DNA of 64,000 nt from Callorhinchus milii (Eukaryota). The position numbers were made by a program, and so were the translations under genes. Positions 40,709 through 54,700 of this stretch are shown here, one piece after another. The stretch is taken from positions 29,452,001 through 29,516,000 of the forward strand of contig NW_024704743.1 in NCBI RefSeq assembly GCF_018977255.1. The letters are read 5' to 3'. The notes under the pieces were generated by a model, which saw only the letters and a list, made by a program, of their open reading frames with translations, ran no database searches and had not been told where the DNA came from. The stretch's first letter is position 1; each line of letters starts with the position of its first letter.

Positions 40709-41654
40709 ATTCAACTTAATGTTTTTTTAAGGCCAAAGTGCAAAGTTCTACGTTTGTAAACACAACAAAAAACGTCACTACACTTTAAAATTGATCCTGT
40801 GATGTGCTTTGGGATGTCCTCCTGACGTGAGAGGTGCTTTACCACGTGTTTGGCCATTATTATTCTAACAATAGCTCTGCTCCACCCCAGAAATGTACAA
40901 CTCCAACCGATTACACCATGTGATTTTACTGGGTTCCACGTCAGCCATGCTAAAGTCTCTTTTGGAGTGAGGTAATAATAATAATCCTTGCATTTGATAG
41001 AGCACCTCATCACTGATATGTTTCTAAATGCCAAGTTAGTGTCAATCTGTCAAACTTTGGACAACTTTCTAACTCCCACACAAAATTTCAATAATTCAAA
41101 TCCCATTTGCCACCATACATCAGTTCAAACAAAGAACCAAACAATTTCTTTTATTCTAATGGTTACACAAAAGGTTTACTGTAGATCAAGTCAGCTCCAT
41201 TAGGCACAACAGGTTATGCTTAAAAAGAATAGCCCTGTACATACTGTATTTATAGTTTTATATTCATAGGTGTTTAAAGTAGCTTTACCGCACAGTGGTA
41301 ATTTGACATCATTTCTATTTTAATACTGTTTTACCCGGTGGAGATTCGGCCACAAAGTTAAATACTAAATAATTGCTGGAAAAATCATTACTCTTTTAAT
41401 ATTTATTTTGGAGTTTTTATTTCCAAACACTCTTGCTTTGAGTCATCAAGGTTTAACGTATAAGGTGCAATAGTACCTATTGTCAATGGCGGAGCCGTGT
41501 GCCTCACAAGTTCCTTTTTATTAAGAAAAAAAACCAAGACTGTTAGCCCATTTAAAAATGCATTCCCCATTATATCAGTTTTTTTTATTATAAAAGCGCT
41601 GGTTTAAAAATAGTACAAAAAACAATGCAATACAAGATTAGAATTAAATAATAA

Positions 41655-42030
41655 CCCGTCAATAATCCTTGCATTTGATATAGTGCCTTATCACATCGTC
41701 GGGACATCAAGTTGTTTCTCAGGATGTACTCTAAAATGTAGTGACTGTAATATTGTATTTGTACATAACAAACAGTTATGAAGTCACTGACCAACTTGAT
41801 CTGGAGGATTGTTGGCCAGGACACTGGGAGGAATTCTCCTTCTCTTTTTGAATAGTGCCATCAGATCTTTATAACATCCATCTAAATACAGACGGGACCT
41901 CACTTTAATTTCTCACCTGAAAGGGCAGCACCTCTGACAATGCAAAACTCACCCAGCACTGCACAGGAATGTCAGCCTAGATTGTGTAAACTCAAAGTCC
42001 CTGACATGGGGCTTGAACCCACAACCTATA
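41655..42030 (-). mobile_element. Deu-domain SINE, near full length
   Basis: Tail, Deu core and B-box remnant (GGGGCTTGAACCCACAACC). Confidence 0.8.
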
Positions 42031-42210
42031 ATAAACAAATTTGTTCAGCAAACAATTATGTGCTGCAATTGCTGTAAAAGAATATGGAGCCCCCATCACA
42101 TTCATGATGAATATTATTCCACTTGAATTCATGTACAATGTAATAGCCTTCATGGTTTTCAAACAGGGAAGCTTACAAATCAGCATATTTCTTAAAAAGA
42201 TGAGAAAATA

Positions 42211-42529
42211 TAATAATAATAATCCTTGCATTTGATATAGCGCTTTTCACGTCGGGAGGACGTCCCAAAGCGCTTCACAGAATACACTGTAAAGTCAATT
42301 GACTGTATATTTGTGGGCGAATGCGGCAGCCAATTGCGCACAGCAATGTCCCACAAACAGTCGTAGATTGAAAATGACCAATTTATTATTGTTTTTGGTT
42401 TTGGAGGGATTATTATTAGGCTCTGTGTGGAGTAAGGAAACTTGCCCAAGGTTTCACCCTCTGCCTGGAATTGAACTCAGGTCTCTCGCTTGCAAAGCGA
42501 GTGCTCTAACCACTGAGCTACAGGACTCC
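42211..42529 (-). mobile_element. Young full-length tRNA-Ala-headed SINE
   Basis: Same head, body and tail as 6161-6489. Confidence 0.93.
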
Positions 42530-42589
42530 ACAAATATGGAGAGAGGTGATCCTTTCCTCTTTCAAACTGCAATGCAAAGACTTAATAAA

Positions 42590-42788
42590 TTTAGAATTTG
42601 GAATGCTCTGCCTAAAAGGATGGTGGCAGCAGATTCAATAATAACTTTCAAAAGGGAATTGAATATAGTATACATTTGAAAAGAAAACATTTGCAAGGCT
42701 CTGGGGAAAGAGCGGGGAAGTGAAACTAACTGGGCAGCTCTTTCAAAGAACCAGCATAGGCATGATGGGCCAAATGGCCTCCTTCTAT
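42590..42788 (+). mobile_element. CR1 LINE 3' fragment
   Basis: Encodes RIWNALPKRMVAADSIITFKRELN, followed by the CR1 3' UTR motif GATGGGCCAAATGGCCTCCTTCT. Confidence 0.85.
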
Positions 42789-43110
42789 AATAATAATAAT
42801 AATCCTTGCATTTGATATAGCGCTTTTCACATCTTCTCGACATCTCAAAGCGCTTCACAGAATATGCTGTAAAGTGAATTGACTGTATATCTGTCGGTGA
42901 AACGAGGCAGCCAATTGCGCACAGCAGTGTCCCACAAACAGTCGTGGTTTGAAACTGACCAATTTTTTTATTTTTTTTATTTTGGAGGGATTATTATTAG
43001 GTGTGTGGAGTAAGGAAACTTGCCCAAGGTTTTGCCCTGACCTGCCTGGAATTGAACCCAGGTGTCTCGCTTGTAAGGCGAGTGCTCTAACCACTGAGCT
43101 ACAGGACTCC
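42788..43110 (-). mobile_element. Full-length tRNA-Ala-headed SINE (alternative tail-loop variant)
   Basis: Same family as above. The tail reads GAGATGTCGAGAAGATGTGAAAAGCGC rather than GGGACGTCCTCCCGACGTGAAAAGCGC. Confidence 0.92.
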
Positions 43111-46100
43111 ACGTGCTATAGGAGTGCTATAGGATTCTGTGCTATAGGATTCTTTGATTCTGTGACTCAACCATAGCAGTACACCTCAAAGTCAGTGTCT
43201 TCTGTCATCTGTAGAAATCATTCCAAAAATATTTTAATCAGTAGGAAACTGCAGCACTCAATTGCATTTTCAAATAACTTATTCCCTCCCTCCCCTTGTT
43301 CAAGGCATGTCTTGAAACATTACTCTTTAATTGCACTTATAATAATAATAATAATAATTGGTTGCAGTTACTGACTAGGATGTACAGTGTCTGCGTTTTT
43401 GGTCATCTTTCCCCTCCCCACCCTCTCATCTCAAACCTCCAGCTCGGATGCCTAAAGCGGTTTGAGACTCCCTCTCGATGTGAAAGACGTTGTATAAATA
43501 TAAATTGTATTGTACTGAATGCTATCTCCATTGAGAATACAATGGCTCATTGTCTGGATCCTTATAGATGCTTCCTGATGGATACGCAGAGTTCAGTTTG
43601 ATTTATTGTTATATCTTCAAGGTGTGCCAGGGCCAAGTCCCCTCCTTTAGTTGACATAAGACAGCACAATTGTACTTTGTTCCTCTACACTTTCACTTCC
43701 CTGCTATGTTTTTGATCCTGAAATTGTTCAAGATCATCCAAACGTCTTGGAGCTCAAGACTGTTTACATACCATGAGTATTACACAGTCTGTATGCCCAG
43801 GTTCTCTCCAGATGTGCTTCCTATTATACAAAAGGCATCAGTCATTATGTCTAGTAATGGAAGAGGTGATTGCAAGTGAAGAAATTAGCCAAAAAACTAG
43901 CACCCTGTGCCTGCCACAGAAGACATTTCTATGCCAACGTTTCGGGTCAATGCAAATTATGCAGAGACCAACGTGGGAGAAAAATTAAGTTTGTAGCAGC
44001 TAGCTGAACAACACTGTTTACAGCACCAAACAGATGGTGGATGCCACCAGTTTTAGGCCTTGAAGGTAGCGTTGCACATGTATCCTGAGCCCTTGAACTG
44101 TTTGTTCCATCTATACATATGTGGAACTCTGAATGGTTTGACTAGGACACACTTAACCATAGTAATAAAGTTCCATGCAGTGTCAGATAACAGACTTGCT
44201 CAAAAATTAGAAAATTGTTCAATTTGACTCATCGCCAAACGGTCTACTATTTTGGAGACAACTTTGTGTCTTGCCCTGTCTGCAAACAGGCATGTATGAA
44301 AGACACATCTTTTGTTGAATACATCTGTGATTTCGCTTGAAAGATTACAAACCACAGGCGCTCTTTGGGCCGTGAAATTGGTTGTGGTCACTGACTAGGA
44401 TGTACAGTGGATAAAATAAAACAATACAATTATACTTCTCAATTGACATATATGCCAGCTACAGAAAAATGAATTAAAGACAGCTGGAGGTGGTGCATTT
44501 CAGCTGAAGCATTGGGATGGTTACACGGGCAACCCTTTGACCTTGACATATCAATTACGTGAACATTTTTTATAGACTTATCCCACTTCCAAGTTTCCCC
44601 ATTTGCAATCTGGCTTACTCCTTGGGAATACATATTCATATCTGGAACAAATGTATACATATATATATTTACACACATTTCGTTCATGAAGCTGAAGATG
44701 TAATATGCAGAATTTCTAGCCAGTTCTAGTTAGGCATCAGTTCATTACTGTAGTCTGCAGCTGAGCAGAATGCTTGCTGATGCATCCTACCAGCTGGCGA
44801 TCATACAGCAAATCACAGTTACATATGGTTCTATTTATTGGAAATCATCAATTTAAAAATCTACCACAGATAAATGACAAAAATTGTCACAGTAATGTTC
44901 AAAAATAAAATTTCATGGATTGGGAAGTCTGTCACATAAAATCCACCAGCCAAATTTGACGCAGTAATTGAAACATTTAATATAAACCTGCCTTGTCGAT
45001 TCCAACCTGTACAGTATCTGCCATGGATGACAGAATTACAGTATACCAGCAGTTTGAGTACAATGCAAAGCAATCTAATGCAAATGAAGAAATAAATACA
45101 CTTTTTGTGAATTAATGCAAGTAAAACATGTAAAACAGAGGCCAGAGCTCCCTTCACTCATCATTCTTCTGCAAAGTGTGCAAACTGGTTGCCACGTTTC
45201 ACCCACAAAATATCAATCCACTTTACAGTATATCCTGTGAAGTCCTTTGAGACTTCTTGAAGTCGTGATAAAGTGCTATATCAAATTAAAGGGTTATTAT
45301 TATTATTGATAAATGGATTCCATTCTCATTTCAAAAAACAATAGAATATAAACATAATCTGTATGTCACAATGTAGATGTTACTATATTCTCCCCAATCC
45401 AATCAACACCATGGGCAAGACCGTCAGTAAATCAAATGACGCAAATCAAAGCCTGACAGGAATGACAGAATATATGGAGTTGTGCATATCCCAGTGACTG
45501 AAGTGTCAATCCCATGTGATCATTCAAATGAAGCCTTGCCATTCTTTTCCCAGACTTTATTGGGAACAATGAATTCCCCAAAAAGGAAAGGTGTGCAGTG
45601 CATATTTGGAAAGAAACACAATTCCATATTTATCCTTCCATATTTATATTTAGCCAAACTCTCACTTTTGTTTTAGCAAGATTGAATGTCTCTGGGTCAG
45701 AAGGTTGTGGGGTCAAGCCCTATGTCTAGCACTCGGACAGTGCTATGATGTCACAGAAAATAATTTGGTCACTCAATCCACGACTGTTTGTGGGATACTT
45801 TTGTGCGCAATTGGCTACCGCGTTTCAGCCACAAAATATACAAACAATTCACTTTACAGTACATTCTGCGAATCGCGTTGAGACATCTCAGAGACCTGAT
45901 AAAGCACTATATCAAATGCAAGGATTATTATTATATTAATTGGTCTTTCACCTCATGTGATACCTTACCGGCACAAACAGTAGCTGAGTTTGCCCAAGAA
46001 TGACAATAGATTTGGGAATTGCTTTGAGACGTTTCAATTTGATAAGGCGTTATAAAAATGTCTTTTTGCCTTAACTTAGGATTCTGTCTTCTGTCTCCTT

Positions 46101-47514
46101 CTGTTCAGACTCCTGTCTTTGAATTGGATCTTCAGGATGGCACAGTGCTGAGCTCTCACCTATAGCAGACTCATCTTAGTGACAGTCATTTCTACAAATA
46201 ATTTGATTTTAAGATTATGTTGCACTTACTGAAGGTTTTAATGACTGGTCAGTACATCTTGTTACAGAATATGACACAAACTTTGTTCAGTCTATCAAGT
46301 TTCAGTCTTTTCATAGACCACACAATTCATAGACCACACAATTCTACATAGATACTGCCTGACCTCCAAGAACATCGAGCACGCAGTGCAGAATATTCAT
46401 CCATCCTGACAATTCAACTCTGCTCTCCTCAACAAACGACATTCTCTCTGAATTTATTAAATATGCACTAGATGCTGCTGCTCGCCTAGGAAAACAAACA
46501 GTTGAACATCAGGATCCTTTTTAGCACTTGGATTCCCCTTGTGCCAGAATGAACCCCACCGTGACTTAAAAAACGGAATATCCTTACACTTCGGATTTTA
46601 TTTTCAATTGGCACTACAGGGGTAAAAAATGGAAGTACATACCCACAGGAAATTTTTGTCCACCCACATTTTGTTCCATTCCAAGGGAAAGAGGAGAAAA
46701 ATAAGTTCAAAAAGTTCCATTCAGAAGAATTGCCAGATGATGGTTTCCATAGTAATTTTGTGTTTGTTAACTAGACAACTGAAGTCTGTAAGAAGGCAAA
46801 CAGCCCACTGAGAAACTTTTTTTGAACATTGGGCAGACTAGATCAAACAAAGCCTCAGTGGCCTAAAGCCACAGGAACAGCGGGTGATTTTTGTGCCTCT
46901 TGCAGTTACTGGAACCACATAGTATTTGGGAATAAATTAGTACGAGACCACATTGATTCGAATGGAACTTTAACCTTTCAAATATTGAATGGCTCCTCTG
47001 CTTTCAAAATACTGTATGCATGTTTTTTCGCCTTTGTAGAAACATCTGTAAAAATTACTTTCTCGTGACGGAGGGTTATAAAGTAACAAAGCACATTACT
47101 TAATTCAAAGCATTTGGGGAATTACTCACAGAACAAATCCTAATCTTCTATTTATTTAGGTGCTGAAATGCTACTGCAACCCTGAAAGGGTCAAGCCCCA
47201 CTTACACTATGGTAGCATTTTTAATTCAAATGGAGCCAAATGAAATATTGATCCAAATTGATTTTATACAGTAAGGCTAAGCATAACCGATTTTGTTTAA
47301 ATATTAAACTTGTATGCCAATTTCAAGGTCATACAATTGTAATGAAATCCAGGATTTGAATCTTTCTCAACATGTACATAACCTGGATTCGTGCAACTAT
47401 AGACTGCAGTCAAATTAAATTAATATGAATGAAACAGATTACAATTTCAGGTGAGTTTCTTGCAAATTTCAGACTTTTTCTAGTACTTATCAGCACCATT
47501 CATTATTCAAGGGT

Positions 47515-47975
47515 GACAATAATCCTTGCATTTGATATAGTGCCTTATCATGTCATCAACGCATCTCAAAGCGCTTTGCGGGATATACTGTAAAGTACAG
47601 TGACTGTGTATTTTGTAGGCGAAATAATAACAATAATAATCCTTGCATTTGATATAGCAATTTATTACATTTAAATATCTTGAAGCGTATCAATGAGTTT
47701 TTTGTTAAGTGTACAATTATCTATATTTTTAGGCAAACAAGCCAGTCAATTTCTGCTCAGCAAATGTCCCACAAATAACCATAAAGTGAATGCCTTTTTT
47801 TTATTCTGGGGGGATTATTAGTCACTGTGAGAAAGTCCCTTCTCTTTTCAAGAACTGCCATGGAATCTATACCATCCAGCCAAACAGGCAGAAAGGATAT
47901 CAGTTTCATGTCTCATCTGAAAAACTGCATCTCCGACAATTCAATGCTCCCCCAGCACTGGAGTGTCACCTAAAT
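47515..47975 (-). mobile_element. Two stacked SINE tails plus a Deu-domain remnant
   Basis: AATAATCCTTGCATTTGATATAG occurs at about 47518 and about 47635, followed by the Deu core. Confidence 0.72.
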
Positions 47976-49214
47976 AGCGGTGAAGTAACTGCAATGTCTT
48001 CACAAACAGATGGCGAGAAACATGCAAAATTCAAGTTTAATTTACTGGGTCACGTTTCCAATCACCCCATGGAGGTTGAGCATTCTACCTTGCAGGGCAG
48101 AGAGGAGATACTAAAATGGAGATTTTACCTCCATTACAAACACATTTTCTATTAAATAGTCATGAGGAAATCTGCAGCCTGGACAATGCATTCAAGGTTG
48201 CATGTTCAATCACAGTTGATTACATAACTATGGGGATGCTCACAGAATACTATTTTGTATCAGTAGTAGGGGATTATATGGAACGCTTAACACTCTGTGT
48301 TAAGAAATCCAACTTCAGCCTAGAATGTGCTAAGTTGGTACGATTGATAGAAAGGTCACGATGCTCCAGAAACAGAATATTAGGAAATAAAACTATAAAA
48401 ATACAAAAGGAAGATAGCGATAATGGTCTTTATGATTGTGTGTTGTGTGTAGTGGCAAAGAAAGGATAGGTTCAAACATGGAATGACAATTTATCTATCA
48501 GTTGTTCCGCCACCGTCAACTTGGCAAGGTTAGAGAACATTGCCTGAAATCACTCTGAGCCACATGACAACAAAGTAATACAAATGGGAGAGGATACATC
48601 TGTAATAGCAGTGAAGTAGTTGGGTGAAAAGCAACCACAACTACAGTGTTTCAGCTTTGAAAGGCAACATGTTTAACCAAAGGAACTGGAGTTTGAGGGA
48701 ACACACTTCTCGTGTACTAACAAGATAGTGTGATGCAACTTACTATTTCCATTCCCTAATTTAATTTTGAAATGTGATTGTGGTTACAACCAAACAGTTA
48801 ATCTGTGAGATTTCTCTCACTTCTAAACCAAATTTAACGGTACTTGATGTAGTTTGATTTATTTAGATATGTATTCACGTTGCTGTTGCACACTTACACT
48901 GGACAGCAGCTGCATGGTCTCAAACCTTCGTGGAGAAGGAGCGATTGCTGTTGGCATCTGTGAAATTCTGCTCAGGCAATCTTTAGAGTTTCAATGTACA
49001 GCATTCCAGCAAGTGACACTACTATCAAAACCCTTGAATGAATGTTTCAGAATAATAAAGTGGTTTAGTAAAATGCATGTTCATTGCATTAGGGTACAGG
49101 GCAAAAATAATCAAACCTCTCAGAGGACCAGTTGCAATAACCCCCGGTGAATGAACCAAATACCTTTTGTACAGTAGTTTGATACAATTATAATATGACG
49201 ACTAGGGATCTAAA

Positions 49215-49870
49215 TTAGCACATAGCAAAGTCCCACAAACAACCATGAGGTGAAAGATCAATTCACCGGGAAGTTTATTGTCCAAAACACCAGGAGAAAC
49301 TTGATCCACTTTCCAAACCACACGATGGAATGACCACCAGAAAAAGGCATATGGTCCCCGTTTTATAAACATCTCCCCAGTGCTGCTTTGGTGTTTCACG
49401 CTACACTACAAGCTCAAATCCCATGTGGAGCTTGAACGTGCAAACTTCTGTCTAAAGCGTAATACTAACTGAGCCAGATAATTGAATGGATGAGAAGTCC
49501 CTTTGATCACAAGATGTCCTGACATTAACAGTAAGTGGTAATGATAATAATAATTCTTACATTTCGAATTGCACTTTTCACATCACGAGGATGTCCCAAA
49601 GCGCTTCACAGAATACACTGTAAAGTGTGACATTTTGTTGGCACACACTTCAGTCAATTTGCACACAGCAATGTCCCACAAACAGCCATGAAGTGAATGA
49701 CCAATTTTATTTGGGGGAGACCAGGCAAAGCTTTCTTTTCTTTTCGAATGGTGATATGGGATCTTTATTGTCCATTTGACTGGCCGGATGGTGCCTTGGT
49801 TTAACGTCTCATCCGAAGGATGGTACACGAGGCCCACCCCAACACTGTACTGGAGTGTCAGTTTAGACAC
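49215..49870 (-). mobile_element. Two adjacent Deu-domain SINE remnants (about 49215-49480 and 49540-49870)
   Basis: Both contain CCCACAAACA-CCATGA-GTGAA and a Deu core. The second has TTGGTTTAACGTCTCATCCGAAGGA. Confidence 0.72.
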
Positions 49871-49982
49871 GGGGTTCTCAGCGCACACCACCAGTGACGT
49901 TATTCAACAACACAAGGAATGTCTTGCACTCTGTTTCAAATGAAAAGCCATCTTCGCAACACCTGAGTAAACTGCAGTAATG

Positions 49983-50054
49983 AAAACAATATTCTCATTT
50001 GATTTGCATTAACGTTCAAAAACAATATTCTCATTTGATTTGCATTAACGTTCA
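49983..50054. repeat. Perfect 36-bp tandem duplication
   Basis: AAAACAATATTCTCATTTGATTTGCATTAACGTTCA x2. Confidence 0.95.
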
Positions 50055-50084
50055 AGCACACTTCGTCACATCTGCAGGAATCAT

Positions 50085-50265
50085 CTTCCTTTCCCCCGTC
50101 ACACTCGACAGTCGTTTCCCCCCACACAATCTACAACCACCTCCAATCCCTCCCTCGGCTGCGCCGCATTCGCATTGGCCTCAAAAATGTCCGTTTCCTC
50201 TCTAATAAAGCTCTTATAATCTACAACCTCATCCTGGCTGAGCAATTAGATATTCTTGGGCTCAA
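50085..50265 (+). mobile_element. L2 fragment (start of endonuclease)
   Basis: Translates to QKNVRFLSNKALIIYNLILAEQLDILG-like sequence, homologous to the reverse complement of 54340-54430. Confidence 0.7.
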
Positions 50266-51766
50266 GAGAAAGGACAGTTGAGGATCGAGTAAGACATTAT
50301 CTAATGGTTTTAGATAATGTGTTGATTAACATAAACTATTTGTTTGGCAGATTTTACAATGTAAAGATTAAGCAATGGCCAAGTTACTTCTTTCCAAGAC
50401 GAAATGATGCCGGTGATTTAAAAAGCTTTTTTAATGACTGTAGATCATCCAAAGTTGCCTGAAGGGCTGACACCTCACCTCACCACATTACTTAAAAGTG
50501 CCAAATTATTTGATAAATAGTAACCGTAACAAAAACATAGCACCACCCCAAAAACATATTAATTGCTTGTTTATTGCTGACAAGACATCTTCCACATAAC
50601 AAACTCCCACCAGCTCCTCTTCTGCCCTCCTATCACATGCATTCAGTTATTAGGGTGTCACCTGGCTCAGTTGGTAGCACTACCTGAGGACTTGGAACTC
50701 ATAACTCTTGGCTAACGCTCCAATACAGTAGCAGGAGGGGGGGAGGAGGGAGGGATACATTTTTGAAACTGCCAGACTGTGGATAAAATGTTATTCCAAG
50801 TTGTTCAGGTAGATGTTAAAGATTCCACGTCACTATTTGAAAAGAGAAGGAAGATTCTCCCAGTGAAACCAAGATCCCATCTATGAATATCCAGGGGCAT
50901 GTGTAGTGGAGGAACTTACAAAGACAAACTGATTCCGCAGAATATATGAATGGAGAGACCATGATATGCCAACCCTTACAGCAGTCATTTGCTTTTCTAC
51001 AAATGCATACACTTTACAGTTAATCCTGAGAAATTTGAGATATCTTCCAAATATGAAATGCACCTGTCACCAGTGACGTACAGCATAGAGGGGACATAAC
51101 AGACAGTACACTGGGTCAGAGAGCCTTGTCCCTGTATCTTCCAATTTCCAGGCACAATGCCATCTCTTGGTGTTGTTAGATCGGCAACAAAAACAAAAAA
51201 ATGGCAGAGACCTTGGAGACATCAATCTAACAGGTTTAATTTTCTTTCATGGAAAATATTAAATTTCCAGAAGTGAACAACAGTGGCACACCTAAAGTAC
51301 ATTATTCAAAATACCACAGTCAAATTGTGGTTATATACTACGTAGTAGGTTTGAAATATCACTGGCTTTTAGTAATCAGGCAGAAGTGATTACGGCATAT
51401 GAAATGATATGACGCATGCAATTATAAATGTAACAACAATCCTTTTCAGCAATATAATTATCAACCTTCTCCAGAGGAAAGACCAGATACATTGTATTCA
51501 AAATATGTCAACAAACCTATTACAATCAGTAAAGCATCCTGTTAAACACCTTACTTTGTTTGCACTGTTATAAAGAAGAATTGATAAAATGAACCTATTT
51601 CGGGATTACAGCAATATACAGTACACGAAAATAACAAAGGACTTCCAAATAAATCCACAAATCTGTTAGCACGACTTCAAAAATGCTACAATTTCCATAA
51701 AATTTCCCACCAAAAATGACACAATATTTCTTTGGAGCGTGAAGGCTTTCAAATGATTTCCCATTT

Positions 51767-54700
51767 ACAACAACAACAACTTGGATTTATATAGCGCCCT
51801 CCACGGCGGAAGGCGCCTCAGAGCGCTTCACAGTAATGAATCCCGGGGCCGAGCCAGGGGGAGGGGGAGGAAGGTGACCAAAGGCGCGGTCGAAAAGAAA
51901 GGGCTTCAGTAGGGACCTGAAAGTAGGACAGGAGGGGCGAGACGAAGGGAGTGAGGAGGAGAGTTCCAGATCCTCGGGGCATAGTGGCTGAAGGCACGGC
52001 CGCCGAGGTTGGAGCGGAGGACTCGGGGGACAAGGAGGAGGCCAGACCGGGAGGATCGAAGGCAACAGGTACTGTTTTGAGGAGAGAGGTCAGAGAGGTA
52101 GAGGGGTGCAAAGGAGTGGAGGGATTTGAATACAAGGGTGAGGATCTTGAAATCGATTCTCTCTGGGACAGACAGCCAGTGCAGTCTGGCAAGGACTGGG
52201 GTGAACGGGGAAGGGAGTTTGGTGCGGGTGAGAATGCGAGCGACAGAGTTTTGGATGATTTGGATTTTATGGATGGTGTTGGATGGGAGACCGGTGAGGA
52301 GGGCGTTATAGTCCAGCTGAGAGGTGACAAAGGCGTGGACAAGGGTTTCGGCAGCTTGTGGAGTGAGGTAATGTGGCGGAGGTGGGTGATCAGCAGCTGG
52401 GTGGTGAGGGGGGCAATGTGTCGGAGGTGGAAGAAAGTGGTGCTGGTGAGGGACTGGATGTGGGGGAGGAAGGATAATTGGGGGTCGAACATGATGCCAA
52501 GATTGCGCATGGGTTTGGAGAGTTTTAGAGGGAGGTCGGGTAGGTGGAGAAGGTGAGAGCCGTGGGATTTGAGACGTTGACGAGAGCCAAAGAGTATGGC
52601 TTCCGTCTTGTCAATGTTCAGTTGAAGGAAATTTGCGCTCATCCAGCCACTGAGATCTGACAGGCAGACTGACAGAACATCAGGGGACTGGGGGTCGCAA
52701 AGAGAGGTGGAAAAATAGAGCTGGGTGTCGTCTGCATACATGTGGAAATGTACCCCATGTCTGTGGATGACATCCCCAAGAGGGAGCATGTTGATCAAAA
52801 AGAGGAGGGGGCCAAGGATGGATCCTTGGGGTACCCCATAGGTAACCGGGTGAGAGCGGCAAAAGAAACTGTTTGTGCAGATGTACTGCTGGCGGTTTGT
52901 GAGGTAGGACTCGAACCAGGCGAGTGCGGTCCCACTGAGGTGGATGACGGAGGAAAGGAAGTGGAGGAGAATGGCGTGGTCGACTGTGTCGAATGCCGCA
53001 GAGAGGTCCAGGAGGACAAGGAGTCGGAGGGAGCCCTGGTCACAGAGAGAGAGAATGTCATTTGTGACTTTCACAAGCGGAGTCTCTGTACTGTGGGCAG
53101 CGTGGAAACCAGACTGGAGGGGTTCAAAGAGGGAGCGGGAGGAGAGGTGATCGCGAAGTTGATTGGCAACAACACGTTCTAAGACTTTAGCGAGGAAGGG
53201 CAGGGTAGAAATGGGGTAGTAGTGGCTGGGGTTTGAGGGACCTAGGGAAGGTTTTTTGAGGAGGGGTTGATGACAACAGTTTTGAGGGGGGCAAGGACTA
53301 ATCCGGAGGAGAGGGACTGGTTGATGACTTCAGCCAGTATTGGGCAGAGGAGGGGTAGCTGGGTGACCAGCAAGTTGGTGGGGAGGGGGTCGAGGCAGCA
53401 GGTGGTGGGTTTCATGGAGGTGATGGTGGGTGAGAGGGAGGAGGGAGAGATGGGGAGGAAGGAATGTAGGATTGGGGTGGTGGTAGGAGCAGATGATGGG
53501 GAGGCTGAGGGGAACAGAGAGGGCGTGGTGGTGGGTGACAAGAGGAAGGTGGATGAGGCTGCCTGGCGGATTTTGTGAATTTTAGATAAGAGGTCCATGA
53601 CCTCCTCGCACTTGGCATTGGATATGAAGATTGAGGAGGCCTGAGGGGGCGCACGGAGGAGGTAGTGGGTGGTGGAAAAAAGGACTTTTGGGTTGTGTTT
53701 AGCCTCCAAGATGATGTTGGAGTAGAAGGCCGTTTTTGCGCATGTCAAAGAACGGCGGTAGCTGTGGAGATGCTCAAATCACTGTTGGCGGTGGACGTCA
53801 GGCCAGTTTTCCGCCTTCTGTGCTTGAGCAGCTGGGCTTGGGTTTTTAGGCAGCGGAGATGGTTGTTGTACCAGGGGGATCAGGTGGGAATGGAGAATGT
53901 CCTAGATTTCAGGGGGAAGAGGGATTTGAAGGTGGAGAGGCGATCATAGAGCAGCTGGACGGCTGCTGTGAGGGTCTCAGGGGGTAGCCTTTTCCAAGGG
54001 TGGTAGTGAATGGTTGAGGGCTTGGTGGAGGAGAGAGGGATGTGAGAGGAGAAGGAGATGAGGAAGTGGTCCAAGATGGCCTTGTCCACTATGCTGAGGG
54101 CTTAGGGGGTCGGTAGACAAAGAGAATTTTCAATGGAAGAGAGGGGTGGAAGACGGTGAGGTGCTCGAAGGAGGGGAAGCAGCCAGAGGAGTAGGGGGTA
54201 AGACCAAGAGAGGCTTTGGAAATGAAGGCCACCCCGCTGCCACGTTGGTTTGGACGGGGCGTGTGGTGGAAGGTGTAGCCTGGAGGGGAGGCTTCTACTA
54301 GGGGGATGGGGTCATTGGGGGAGAGCCAGGTTTCGGTGAGCTCAAGAATGTCAAGCTGCTCGTCCAGGATGAGGTCGTGGATGGTGAGAGCTTTATTTGA
54401 GAGGGAATGGATGTTTTGGAGGGAAATGCGGGTAGGTTTGCTGGAAGGAGGAGAGGGAGGAGAGAGTGATGCGGAGAGGATTTTTGGGTGTATGGGAGAG
54501 ATGGTTGTGGAGAGTGGTGTGAGTGGAGGGTTGGGGAGGGTACGTATGAGGGAGGGGGAAGTTGGATTTGCCTTAAGGAGGCGGTTTGAGCGGAGGGAGT
54601 AAATGTGGGGTTGCTGCTCTGGAACAGCCAGTGCCGGGAGCCATGATGGGTCTGGCGGAGGATGCCCAGGCTGGAGCAGAGGGAAGTGGTGATGGGATTG

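Noticed and set aside
42192..43176. Recurring short ORFs such as KRYIKCKDYYYY and LWDIAVRNWLP, suggesting a peptide family
   Set aside because: These are translations of the same SINE body and tail, with no coding signal.
51040..51085. Possible GMDS exon 1 end
   Set aside because: The minus strand GTCACTGGTGACAG|GTG does not encode GITGQ, and it overlaps a SINE tail.
51818..53074. 418-aa ORF as a host gene or active reverse-transcriptase system
   Set aside because: It is part of a frameshifted L2 ORF2 whose endonuclease has an internal deletion, so it is not a functional or novel RT system.
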